64,000 nucleotides of DNA. Source: Amphiscolops sp. MND2022. Taxonomy: Eukaryota. A program made the translations under genes and the position numbers. The stretch spans positions 69,318,001-69,382,000 of the forward strand of contig OZ076409.1 of NCBI GenBank assembly GCA_964187785.1, written 5' to 3'. Within the stretch, counting starts at the first letter, position 1. Every line of letters begins with the position of its first letter. The notes under the pieces are model-generated. The model worked only from the letters and a program-made list of their open reading frames with translations, did no database searches and was not told the origin of the DNA. Below are positions 51,101 to 62,449 of the stretch, in pieces.

Positions 51101-53202
51101 TGCTGAGACCCTGTGCCAATCTTCTGTCCGCGAAAATTCTGCTGGCAAAATTGAAAGCAAGCATTTCAATGGACCGTTGGTCCGCCATTTGTAGGCAATG
51201 GTAAGCTTGCGAACAGTCCAATTTACAGAATAGCTTTTTCCCAGCCATGTGTTGGGCCGCGTCTGTAAGCGTACTTACTGGATGGTTATTGTTGATGTAA
51301 TCATCCGATATCAAGTTGTTTATTTTACGCAAGTCGACTAAAAGTCGCAGTTTGCCATTGGGTTTCTTTCGTGCAAAAATGGGGCTTGCGTACTTAGAGA
51401 ATGGGAGTGTTGTAATGATCCCATAGCGATGTATCGAGGCTAGTTCCACAAGGATGTCTTCTTTGAGGTTAATTGGGGTTGGTAAACTTTGACTGTAGGC
51501 CGGAGAGTGGTCTTTCGGGGTCAATTTGACCTTGAAGTCTTCGTTCATGCCGATATCAAATCGATGTCTTGCGAATATATCATGGAATTCAACAAGTAGG
51601 TCTTCTATGCGGGCTATTTCAGCAGGTTGAAGCATAGAGTCTGTCCAATCAAAATTGGATAGGAATTGACGTCTCGACTCAGAGTAGTCCTGAGGATTAC
51701 GTTTTTCCAATTCCTGGAGGTTGATCAGTTCTGACAAAATCCGTTTTTGAATCGGGGTATGATGCTGAGGGTCCCCAGGGTCCTCTGGTGTTGGAAACCA
51801 GTAGTTTTCCTTGAAGTCCTCAGGCTTAGTAGATTTGATCAAGCTGCTTGCATAGTAAGCAGCGTTTTCAGGATTGTCCCGCAAAAGGTGTGGTCATCGG
51901 GTCAATAGGTTTGACATATTTCATCTGTTCCGGTGTAAGGACAGTGAAATTAGCAACTTGTGTACCTCTTTTGAGGGTATGGGGACTGTCGGTAAAATTG
52001 TTCAGGTGAACGGATACTTGACCATTGGTCAATGTGACTAGAGCAGCGCAGAAAGCAATATCGCCATCATCCGTAAGGGTGTGGCTCGGTTGAAGGATCC
52101 CGGTAACTGTAGTATCCTCGTACAGTTGTGAAGCCATGAGGACCCAGTGTCGGTCACTAGGTGGGATGGTTACATCCTCTCTAATGCAAATGGGTTCCAT
52201 GAAATTTGTATATTTGTGAACTGCAGTTTTGAGCTGCATTGAGAAGAAAAGATAATTTAGGACGCCTTGTCGCATGTCCAGAATGGTGTTATTCCTTTGA
52301 AGGAAGGAAAGACCAATTAATGGACTGGTGAGTTTCTCCATCACTATAAAGATTTCATAGAAATCTATGTCGCCGACTTCAAATTTCAATTCGACGGTGC
52401 TTTTAGGATTTTCCAGCTGTTCGTTTGCAACCATTATTTGGAAGTTGGGAGCTGGACCCTCTTTAATAATAGACTGAGGGGCTAATAATCGGATTTTACG
52501 TAGATCAGCTTCAGGGATTGCGCTAGATAGAGCTCCCGTGTCTACAAGGCCATCTAGTGTTAGTTCGCCAAAATCCATTGGAAAGTAGAGCATTCGTTGT
52601 TTGTATTTGACGCCAAGATTGGTAGCCAGCGGCACGTAGTCCGGTTCCCCTGTTCTGGTGACCAGGGTGCTCACATAGCGTGCCGCAACGGCTGTGGCCA
52701 AGGAGACCTGTGGTCCCTCATGGTGAAAGTCATCACCGACATTGGAGTGAGTGGTTTGATGGACGGGCTGTGCGCCATGTTGCCATGTGTCAACTCGTGC
52801 TTTGGTAAGAACTGTATTTAGGGCTTGGTCAGTTTCAAAAGAATCTGGTTCTATATTCGAGTTCTGTTTGTTAAAATTGTGGTAGAAGTACAGATGATGT
52901 TGATTGTAGCAGTTAGCCTCCCAGTAGGGGTCAAAACCATAGTCGGGGTCAGGATAGTATGGGTTATAGTCATCAATGAGGGGTATAAGTCGTTAAGTAG
53001 TAGTATCAGTTTGTAGTCTGTTGGACATAGAGTCCAAAGTGGTAAGAAAATTAGGTGGAGTTTTCATCTGCTGGTGCCAGTCAGCTGATGAACTTTCTTT
53101 AAGAGCTGTATAATACTCAGTGTAATATATATTTGGAGGGTCTGATATTATGTACTGTCGTACACGGAGTTTTTCATGTATTTGGAGTCGCGGCAAATCT
53201 AG
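48103..53202 (-). pseudogene. pol: pol (PR, dUTPase-like linker, RT, RNase H, integrase with GPY), several frameshifts/stops
   Basis: LVDTGA; LRLLVDLR, KLDCSQAY, QYVDD; MTDAS; H...H/CEIC zinc finger; QIDL, ITDKG, GKLER; WTGPY. Confidence 0.95.
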
Positions 53203-54962
53203 TTTTTTGGATTCTTTAAGATGGACGTGGTTTGTGTATTTTTCGCGTCTTCTTGGCTGGTGGACTTATCGGTGGCCGTGGTGTCATCCAGTTTAAGGTT
53301 TTTGGGCTTGAGGTGGGCTCCAGCGCCTTTCCAACATCTTTCCGCCGGGTGGTTCGATTTGTCGCAAGTTGGACATTTTGGATATTCTTTCTTGGTATCC
53401 TGTCCGTCGTTGCGGCGTTGTTCCTCCTTTCTTTTAAGTTTGCGGCAATCGTCTTTGACATGTCCAGATTTCTTGCAATTGTTGCAAGTAATGTTTGGAT
53501 CAATGCCATAGGAAAGAAGGCCAGTTCCCGGTCGTGTTGCTGTAGGGGCAGTGGACATTGTTGGTACTGGAATGTCGTCCCCCTCCTCAAGTCCATTGAG
53601 CTCAAGTTCTCGTTCTAGATGGGTGACATTTTCCTCATAGGTGGCGTTTTCAAGTCTAGCCATATTGACGGAGCGTTTCATTTTTGGAGGCAACTTGGCA
53701 TAGATGAGACTATCGATCATGGCTTGGGCGTTCTCGCCAAACGCTTTTTCAGCTCCTTGGTTTAATTTTTGAAGGAAGTCGGGTAGTTTCATGGTGTTTG
53801 GATCAAACACCAATCTGTGCCATTTGTGTTTGGCGGTCGCCTGGGACTCAGGTTTGACGTATTTCCGACGAAATACAGCTAGAATGTCTTCCAATGTTTG
53901 CCTGTTTGCCGTATTGATGTTACGGAAAGTTTGTAGGGCATTTTTTCGCAACAGTGAATGAAAATGATTGATTTTCATTGTTTCGGTCATATCAGGTTGC
54001 ATTTTTATCATTGTGTGAAAGAGATCTTCAAAAAGTTCGAATTTCTCTGATTTGCCGTCGAAAGTCAGTGTAGTCGTGCTGACTGGGCGTACCATCAGTG
54101 TTTGTGCTGATGGACGGTTGTTCATGCCGACTAGTACTTCTGCAAGACGGTTAATGGGATCAGAAGAAATAGTTGGTGTTGTGGTCTCAGGGACCTGGGG
54201 AATTGTATCCTGAGACTCGTCATTGTTGGAATTTTGACGTTGCAGGGGATCTCGAGATAGCATGGGACGTCCAGTGAGAAACTCGGGAACCATATGTGGG
54301 GTAGGTTTGGCTCCTGTCACCATGTCGAGATTTTGTTTGCTATTTATAGAGTTTGTTGAACTCTCTCTAGACCTCAGTCTACTATTTTCCTGTGTAAAAC
54401 ATGTTCTAGAACGATTTTCCCATGTTTTCTGCGAATTTCCTACTTCGGCGTTCCATTGTAGCCCACTGGACCTTCGGTCCTTTAATGTGAAATCGGTCGA
54501 CCTTGGGCTAGGATGTGGCCCGTTGGACTCCCGGTCCACCATGGTGAAAATAGGTCTCCCCTGCATTTCTAGTGAATTTTGGATGGAAGGAAGCACTGTA
54601 TTTGTTATTGCAGCTGTAATTGCTTCCTTAATTTGGGAATTCACACCAGTTTTATTTTCATTGAGTTTTCTAGACATTTGATTGGAAATTTCCTCGCTTA
54701 TCAACCTAGAAGTCTCAATTGTGATTTCACTGTTTTCCCTGCTGTTGGTATTAAGTAAGGACCTAAAATCTTCTATAACATTTGAGCTTTGTTGTGGTCA
54801 GCTAGACCCTGAGTCCAAATTCACTTCATTTTCACTAACATTATTCTCTTCATCTTCTCTAGAGTAACTTCCAAGCATTATGTCAACATTTTCTACATCG
54901 GACAGCATGTCTAACTGTCTAGAACGACGTTCTTTAGCCTTTTGCTTTCACGTGGAAGGCAT
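53199..54962 (-). pseudogene. gag: gag with two CCHC knuckles; two in-frame stops near the 5' end
   Basis: ATG at 54962 is in frame with ORF 53199-54704; TFDGKSEKFELFE, CNNCKKSGHVKDDC, CPTCDKSNHPAERC. Confidence 0.9.
53202..53208 (-). promoter_or_regulatory. Putative -1 ribosomal frameshift heptamer A AAA AAC
   Basis: CCA AAA AAC TAG at the gag stop; the -1 frame continues as LDLPRLQIH into the pol-side ORF 52993-53196. Confidence 0.75.
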
Positions 54963-55140
54963 GAGAAGGGGATTTGAGTTTCACAGTCAATTGTAAATAT
55001 CAACTAACAAGATAATCCAAATCAACAAAGTATGTATCAGCAGAGTTTTAAACTCAAAGTTCAGTATCGTGACAATATTATATCGACTTGTTTGTATCAA
55101 GATTGTGAAAGTTTCTGTCCCAGCTCTCCAGTGTTCCCGC

Positions 55141-55148
55141 TATTTATA
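55141..55148 (-). promoter_or_regulatory. Candidate TATA box upstream of gag
   Basis: TATAAATA flanked by GC-rich bases, ~180 bp upstream of the gag ATG. Confidence 0.4.
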
Positions 55149-55460
55149 GTTTGGGTGGGGTTACACACAGAATTATGCGGGTCATGGTTCTAAAAATAGC
55201 AATAGATGGGGTTTTAGGTCAGTACTAGGGACATTACGTCACTATTTCATCATGTTTGTAAGGACAAAAATAGCATCAAAGAGAAGCGGCTAAGGGTTGT
55301 AGCTGGAGATTATGATGCCATATAAATATGCATGGAGGAATATTATTATGCCTGAATATGCTATTTACATGTTTATATTTCCAATAATAACACTTCATGT
55401 CATTAGAATAATCACAAACAGCGTGATTGGCAATTACGCCAAATCGGACGTAACGTCCAT

Positions 55461-55472
55461 GCGGCGTCACCA
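55461..55472 (-). promoter_or_regulatory. Candidate PBS (tRNA-Trp-like)
   Basis: Minus strand ...TATACA AT TGGTGACGCCGC; resembles the Trp PBS TGGTGACCCCGA and follows a CA + 2-nt spacer. Confidence 0.5.
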
Positions 55473-55474
55473 AT

Positions 55475-55956
55475 TGTATAGTTAGTTCGATTTGATTGGT
55501 TAATATAGCACTCGACGTTGCGTACAATCAGCCACAACAACAGTACATTTGAACACGTTTCCTTACTGCGCTTCAATTGCATTCTAATACATCATTCAAA
55601 TTGATCATTTTACCTTGCTAATTCCAATTCATTTGGTACATTACTATTTCAACAATAATCAACAGGTATATCAAGCACAAACTAACTATAATATTAAGCA
55701 ACGGTAAATTACATAAAGTAGAGTGTTTTGTGATTAGTTTTAACACAATTGTTTGATGAGGCCGTATCGACCTAAGGTCCTTTATGTTTTGGACGCAGTT
55801 CTTCTATATTTGCCTCAATTTGAGTGAGGCCGTCCGTACCATCGGTCCATTGTTGTCAAACCTTCTAAATAGGGAGTACTCCTGGCGGGGGGTTAGATAG
55901 ATCGTCTACTGAAGGGATTTGGTAGTAATTGCCGTCACAGGCGGCAGCCTGCGACA
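55475..55956 (-). repeat. Candidate single LTR shared by the two tandem units
   Basis: Bounded by the candidate PBS and a purine run AGGGGGAG|TGT at 55957-55964; TGT...ACA ends. No second copy in the window, so unverified. Confidence 0.3.
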
Positions 55957-56851
55957 CTCCCCCTGGGACTAGAATCACACTGCCGGCTTTCATTCCGGCT
56001 TGAAAAGCATTTCTCCTGCGAATCTTTTGAATGTAATTTTCCTCAGGGATGTGTGTTTTCTCTAAATATCCCAAAGTAATCTCTTCTTGAATAGCCGCGT
56101 AAGACTTACCACACACTGTACATCCTCCATATTGGATATAGTTGGGGGTTCCACAAAATCCGCTCGCACTAATTGTCATCCCGGAAATGTGGGGGTTTTT
56201 AATCCATTCACTTTCCTGACCTTGTTCTTCAGGGTATTCGCCATAATACTGTGCGACTGAAGGCCCTTGTTCCTCTAACGGTGGTGACAATGGGGAATAA
56301 GGTACTGGTTCCAATCCACTACACTGGGCAATCTGGTGCCGCGAGTCTCCCTCTTTATATGTCCGTTGGGGTGGGTTCCCAACAAACCATTCAATCAGGC
56401 TATCGGATGGATCCGTGGTTGACGCCACTGATCCGGGTTGTCCATATTGCGATTGAGTTAGGTCGTACTCGTTAGCATCAAATTCAGTCGTCATTGCGCG
56501 TCCTCCTGCTAGTTGTGGTGAGAACATCGGGTTTTCTCTATAGCACGCTATAATTTCAATATCACTGTCGCACCCATCGTCTTGTTGAGAGTCATCTGGT
56601 ATAGAAAGCACGTCCACTTCCATATCCTCGTCAGAAGAATTAAAAACTTCGCTCACTAGCGGTCGGATGAATTCTTCTACAATAAATTGTAGTGACATCT
56701 CAGCTAGATATCTTTCCAGAATAAGATTTTGGCAATTTTCAATTGTGTTGCTTGATCGTAGTAAGGATTTGAGTTGAATGATTTGCTCTAGCCCGGCAGA
56801 CCTCAGGTCCCCTTTCAATAAAATTGCGGGAAATTTTAAGCGGGGTAACAT
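55865..56851 (-). CDS. Orphan accessory ORF (acidic/Pro-rich, CxxC motif GCTVCGKSY)
   Basis: Uninterrupted 328-codon frame within the repeat unit, same strand as gag-pol; true start may be the later Met (MSLQF...). Confidence 0.7.
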   Translation of the reverse strand: MLPRLKFPAILLKGDLRSAGLEQIIQLKSLLRSSNTIENCQNLILERYLAEMSLQFIVEEFIRPLVSEVFNSSDEDMEVDVLSIPDDSQQDDGCDSDIEIIACYRENPMFSPQLAGGRAMTTEFDANEYDLTQSQYGQPGSVASTTDPSDSLIEWFVGNPPQRTYKEGDSRHQIAQCSGLEPVPYSPLSPPLEEQGPSVAQYYGEYPEEQGQESEWIKNPHISGMTISASGFCGTPNYIQYGGCTVCGKSYAAIQEEITLGYLEKTHIPEENYIQKIRRRNAFQAGMKAGSVILVPGGVSQAAACDGNYYQIPSVDDLSNPPPGVLPI

Positions 56852-57821
56852 AACCTGGAGTTTCCTCAGATTTTCCTCGGATTCCTTTTAAGTAAAGTTA
56901 TAAGTTTTCACAAATAGTAGCAGAAGTCAGCTGAAAAGCTTTTCAATTGGTCCTTGAAGGCCTATCATCGTGTTTGTCTAACAACTAGTGAGTTGTTAAT
57001 TGCCAGTAAGAGTGTTTACCAATGTAAAAGACAGGTAAAGAATAATTCGATCAAAGACCGACTGTCCGGCAGGCCTCATTCAAGATAAGACTAATGACGT
57101 TTCATTAACTAATAATTCGCATGAATGAATAACTAAATATGGTAAAGGAGATGAAAACTGTGAAGAACGTAACTGAGTTGTACCTTTCAATTGCGAAATA
57201 AAGTGAAATTTCATGGCTTTCACTGGCAGGTTCAAGACATGAGAAATGTGATAATGAAATGAAATGATGGTGAATGGTAACTAATTGTTAATGTACTAGC
57301 CACGACATTTGTAATTTAGCGTCTCATAAAAGTCTCAATAGTATTAGTTAGACTGTTAGTCTAGTTGGGTAAAAGAGCGTAGACAGGTGAGTATTGTATT
57401 GTGAATGATATACGAATGGAAGTATAAGTGCTTGAGGTACAGTAATCCCAACCGTCGTCATTTCTCTAACTACAAGTTACTTTCACTGGTTACTTCATCG
57501 ATTCGTTCAAGGCGCTTCCCTCATCATCGGAGTGAACAGAACACGAGGACCTACAGTATCCCTGGCCTCAACCAATTGTTTATCCAGATTCTTTAACCTG
57601 AGCAGGTTACAAACGCATCCCCTTCGACAGCTATTCCAAGCAAGAAATCTGCTTCCCCACTATGGAGATAGCATCAGGTTGGTTCTTTAAATGTGTCTAA
57701 GTTGAGCTTGATCAGGGTTCAACTTTTGACTAGATTCACTTCCTCCATTTTAAAATGTTTTCACGTTGAAACATTACTTCGAACATAACTTACTTCCGGA
57801 AGATTGTCAAAATGCGGCAAA

Positions 57822-60800
57822 ATGGATTCATATTCAGGAAGTACACCGCGTAAATTTATCTCTTTCTATTTAGAACAAGAGACTAACGGCCAACAAACTC
57901 AGAAATTAGCTGAGGTTGAAGAGACTGACAGGAACGAATTTTCAATCCCTGATACTGCTCATGATTTTCCAACCAGCAGTCAACAATCGTCGAGTGAAAT
58001 CAAAGACAACGAGGTCAGACAATTACAGGCTCCCGACCCCTCGCACAGCAACAGTCGAGTAATAGCAGAGGGCAAGGACATTGAGCTCTGCCCGTCTCAG
58101 ACATCTGAACTTCCCAAGAAGGACCAGCCAATGACTGAAGCCATGGACACTGAGTGCAACCAGCCTCAAACATCAGAACTTCCCAAGAAGGACCAGCCAA
58201 TGATTTTAGCCATGGACACTGAGTCCAGTCAGCCTCAGATTCATGAAGCCCCTTCCAGTAGCCAGCATGTCCAAGCAGAAGTTGTGCAAATTGGGATTAG
58301 CCAAGATCAGACTCCAACAGAGGTTTCGCCTTTGTCTAAGCTGCTTTGTTCTGACGGAAGCGAATCAAATGAGAGCTGCCAGGCATTTTTCACTCGCAAA
58401 ATGCAAGAACTTGGTGCTGAGACCAACGAGGAGGGAACCCTAGCAGACCATGATGCCTCCCAGAAGGAGAGTGAAAGTGAGTTAATAACTGTCTTTCCTG
58501 GCCAAGAGCAAAAGGAGGGACCAGACCGACAGTTTCATCAGGTTCCTGCTGTAGCATTCTTAGAAACTGTTACAGCGTACTCGGCTTCAAGCAATTCCTC
58601 TGCCATTGGGAATTCTAAGAAAAGAGCCAAATTAGTACGACCTGCTACTCCCTTGCGCCCAACTTTGCAGGACGATATCCAAAGTGAGCTTTCCATAGCT
58701 TCTTCCACAACATCTATTGGTCTCCATCATGGCTTTGGTGAATCAGAGCAACCGATCCGAATGGGTAGCAGTTCTGATTATGGGCTTGAGACCGATGCTG
58801 AGTCATCTAATGCAGGTGGTTCTACCATGGCTGTTGCCCTAACTTCCGGGAGATACAATCCCTTGATCGAAGTCGACAAAGCCTCCAGTCAACCAGCAAG
58901 TTTACCTACTGCTCCAACTGGTAAACCTGAGCCGCTAAAAGTCAGTAGCCGAGCTCTATTGAAAGAGTATTTTGCTAAAACTGAACCGGTTGAGTTGCTT
59001 CGAGGTCACTCTACCATAGCCTTGACTGAAGATCAGATATCTAGCGTACTGAGGGTCGTAGCCGATGAGACTGCCAGGGCTTCTTACGACATGCTCGAGA
59101 ATCTGGTATACCGCGCCAGCAGGCTTAGCTTAAACACCTCGGTACCAGGCAGGAGAGTCTCCAAGAAGTCCAACGTACGTAGCCTTTCGCAGGGATCTGA
59201 TCAAGGCGAATCCGAAACTGAAGCGGGAAGTGACACTAGTGGTGGTATCCGTAGTGATGACGACTTCGGGAGTATTGGCTACCCTTATGAGCACTCCGAA
59301 ACTGAAATAATTGGCAGACCACCTACTGCACAGCTCATTCCTGGGTGTGGCTCTAATGACCAAGCGTCCCCTGACTTAGAGTTCAGCGTCAATAGTCCAG
59401 GATCTCAGACCCTTGCAGCGCTACAAAGAGAAGCCTTGCAGGATCAGAGTTCACGTCGGGGCAAGCCCAGCAACCGACGCATTCCCGCATCGAGAGGACG
59501 TACTAGGAGGCCGATTACTCGATCCTGTAAGATCATGAAGGAGGCGTTTTTTAAAGGTATGGAGTGGACGAAGACTTTTGTGTCAGGGCCAGTCGATCCG
59601 CGATGGAACCCTTACAAATTTTTTTGCCAAATTTGCAAGGCAAACATATCAATATAAGGAAAGGGAGCCCGAGAAGTCTTGCGACACCACTCAACCGAAA
59701 AGCACTTGAGGAAAGACCAAAGGTGGAGGTTCGAGCATCTATCCAAGGTAGTCCCAGTTACCCGCAAAGTTGTGCATCAAGTCAGGGGTAAAGACGGCAA
59801 ACTCCTCACACCTTACCAGCTGGAGTTAGAATACCCAAAGTTCAAGGATGTACCGTTGGTGGATATCGGCAAGAAGCTACCATTTTATGACGAGTTCATG
59901 GCGGGTACTGATTACATGGCATCTTCTTCGGGCGACCGGGCAAAAACTCAGATTTCCATTCTGTGCCGATTTCTCACCCATTATGGGGATATTGATGTGC
60001 TCAAAGTATTCTGGAGCGACGTGGGTGTGATTGTGAACCACCAGGCACTGTTCACAGACTTCGATTGGAGCAGGGAAAGACTTTCAGTTAGTATTTTTAC
60101 TTTACTCAGACGGGTACATTGTTAGAGTATTGTAGTGGACCTAAGGTTCTTTCAGCCTCATGCTACGCGAGGTCGCCTTACTAGTTAAATTCTGACATAA
60201 AAGGCAAGATTGTGTTATAGGTCATCTTCCATCACCTATTCCTTGAGATGATGAATGACATTGGAAGCCATGTCGTCGCTGCCTCTGAGTATTCATTGGA
60301 ATTCGCTCAAGAAGGAGTTTTCCTGTTGGTATTTATCCGATATTGGCCTGATGACCAAATGTGTAGGGTCCTCTTGAAAAGGACCGGACGTCTCCTCGGC
60401 CTCACTCAAGCTGCGGTTAGGCTTGTTTCCAACGTCATGGGCATATTCTCAACGAAGCCCCACTTAGTCAGTTGTACTGGAACAACGCACCGAACTATCG
60501 TCTTGCTGGACCAATGCCCCTACGCAGCTTATGGAATCCAAAGTCCCCCCGTTTTGAAGAGCTGTCTCTGAAGACCATAATGCATAAGAAGGGGTACAGT
60601 GTGTTCGGAAAAATAGACTTCTTCTCAGTTGTGCAATTTGTCATCGTGTGTCTGGGAGGCTGTCTAGATCAGGACTGGATGTTGGTGTCCCCCGAATTGT
60701 CGAAGGTTGGTTTGAGACTTTGTTCTTTGCATCTAGCTCCTAGGATTTTAGACGGAGCCCTTCTTTTGTTTTCAAGCAATTAGAACATGCCAATTGGACA

Positions 60801-62263
60801 TCAATGGTCTACCAGTCCTCTGCCAAGAACTGTTGCGTCACTGGAGCAAAGTAGTTGCTTTCTTGTCGAAAAGCACCCCTACCCAAGAAGGCACAGGAGT
60901 CCGCAAACAAGTAAGAGTTCTCTGGCTCCTTAGACCTACGGTCCAATGCACTATCTCAACTGAGTGTTTCTTTTCAGCCCCAGAGCTTAGAATGGTCTCT
61001 TGTTTACGACGACTTCTTTCCGAGTAGACTCGAGTTGTTCTACCGATTAGTGCGCGATTGTTAGTGTTGCCATTCATAGTTTCGCCATATACTATTGGGT
61101 TCAAAGTTTTCACTCTTTCTTTTATAGTCACCAGCAGTTTCACCACCAATCTCAAGCGGCGCCGTGATCGAGGCTTCCATGTGTATCGAGAGCTAGGTCA
61201 ATATCTCTTCAAGCTGGGCAGACGTTGCGTCAGTTCCAGCAGCATTCCTGAAGAAAATGATTTTCCCGGGGTCTACAGTCTCGTTATGGCTGACACTAAG
61301 GCTCTGTCAGTAGCTGACTTCCTGTCCCGGTCCAAATTGAGCAAAAAACTAGCAACTGCATGCAAGCTGAAAGCGGAAGCCGAGATGAGTGAGAAGAAAA
61401 ACGAAAAGCTGACTCTAGCTGAAGTTACAGAGAACATTAAAGCTGATTTTGGACGCACTGCCCGTAGTTATGTAGTCACCCTATTCACCACTGCTCAGAA
61501 GCTCCAGAGATTCACCAGCGATATAGTGAGAGGACTGGGTTCTTTTGATTTGGACGTGATGTTGGTCGACCCAATATCTTTGGCGACCATTTGTTTCAAG
61601 GAGTTGTTTACCAGTTTCCGTTTGCGAGGTGTCTTGCTGGCAGACGAAGAAACGATTTACTTCGAAGAGTATCTCTCATTTCTTGACGAACTCCGCAAAC
61701 TTCACCCCAACATCTCCTAGCCAAAACTGCTTATTTCTGACGTTATTGAGTTTGTGTGGACAGGAATCCTACAGGTCTCGGTCTTATCTCATGAGGATTT
61801 TCAGACTCAGTTGTCTTTGTCTAGATGATCCTCGCGTCTCCTTTCCCCCTGTCAAGTTTGGGACAGTCCATACTGATGACCCAAAAAGTCCAATGTTCGA
61901 TGTTGTTACACCATTGCAATCGTACCTCAGCAATGTTGCCCGCGGGTAGAAGTTTTCACCTCAGAGTCTTCGATCTCCAAGTTTCTCACTCTGGAACCGA
62001 CTTTTGGGTCAACTGGGCTAAGGGACATTTACAGTCCCTGGAGTGACTTGGATAAGTTTGGATGGGCTGAGATCAATGACGTCATCAATAGTGTGACGCC
62101 CAAAGGCCCGAAGGTCTCCGCCGCAGAGGATGCCCCTAGTACCAGTAAAGCCTCATCGTCTTTTATGGTGCCAAAGCCAGGGAAGAGGCGTAGTCACTTG
62201 ATTTCAGATGAAGAGCTAAACAAGTCCGCTGAGCGTTTAAATGCTAGTTTAGATAAGTCTTAA
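57822..62263 (+). pseudogene. Antisense, intron-containing accessory gene: disordered N-terminus, BED-like zinc finger, hAT-transposase-like remainder (copy B)
   Basis: ~610-codon open frame running into FFCQICKANISI*GKGAREVLRHHSTEKH; phase-0 intron 60087-60220 (gttagt...ctgac...ttatag) joins RERLS to VIFHHLF; YSLEFAQEG...LVFIRYW resembles hAT FSLxxDE...LxIFIRY; further introns ~60706-60775 and 60911-60977. Confidence 0.7.
58097..58240 (+). repeat. 69-bp in-frame tandem repeat (QTSELPKKDQPM..AMDTE..QP)
   Basis: Two copies visible in DNA and protein. Confidence 0.85.
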
Positions 62264-62449
62264 TTGTACCATATGTACAATTGTCATTTTAGTTTGTTGT
62301 ACAGTGCTTCAAAAACTTTTCGTATAGGCACTTTGGGATTCTATTTAGTGTTCAGTTATTTACTGTATTCTTTGTCTTTTATTCAGTCAAGTCCCGCAAA
62401 GATATCATTCTGCAATTGTTTAATCGGGACAGTTAATTTACAATTCTGG

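Noticed and set aside
55752..55800. Hammerhead ribozyme at ttgatgag gcc...
   Set aside because: No CUGAUGA match and no GAAA after a closing stem II.
55865..59657. env gene in the large element
   Set aside because: Neither accessory ORF shows a signal peptide, fusion peptide or transmembrane segment.
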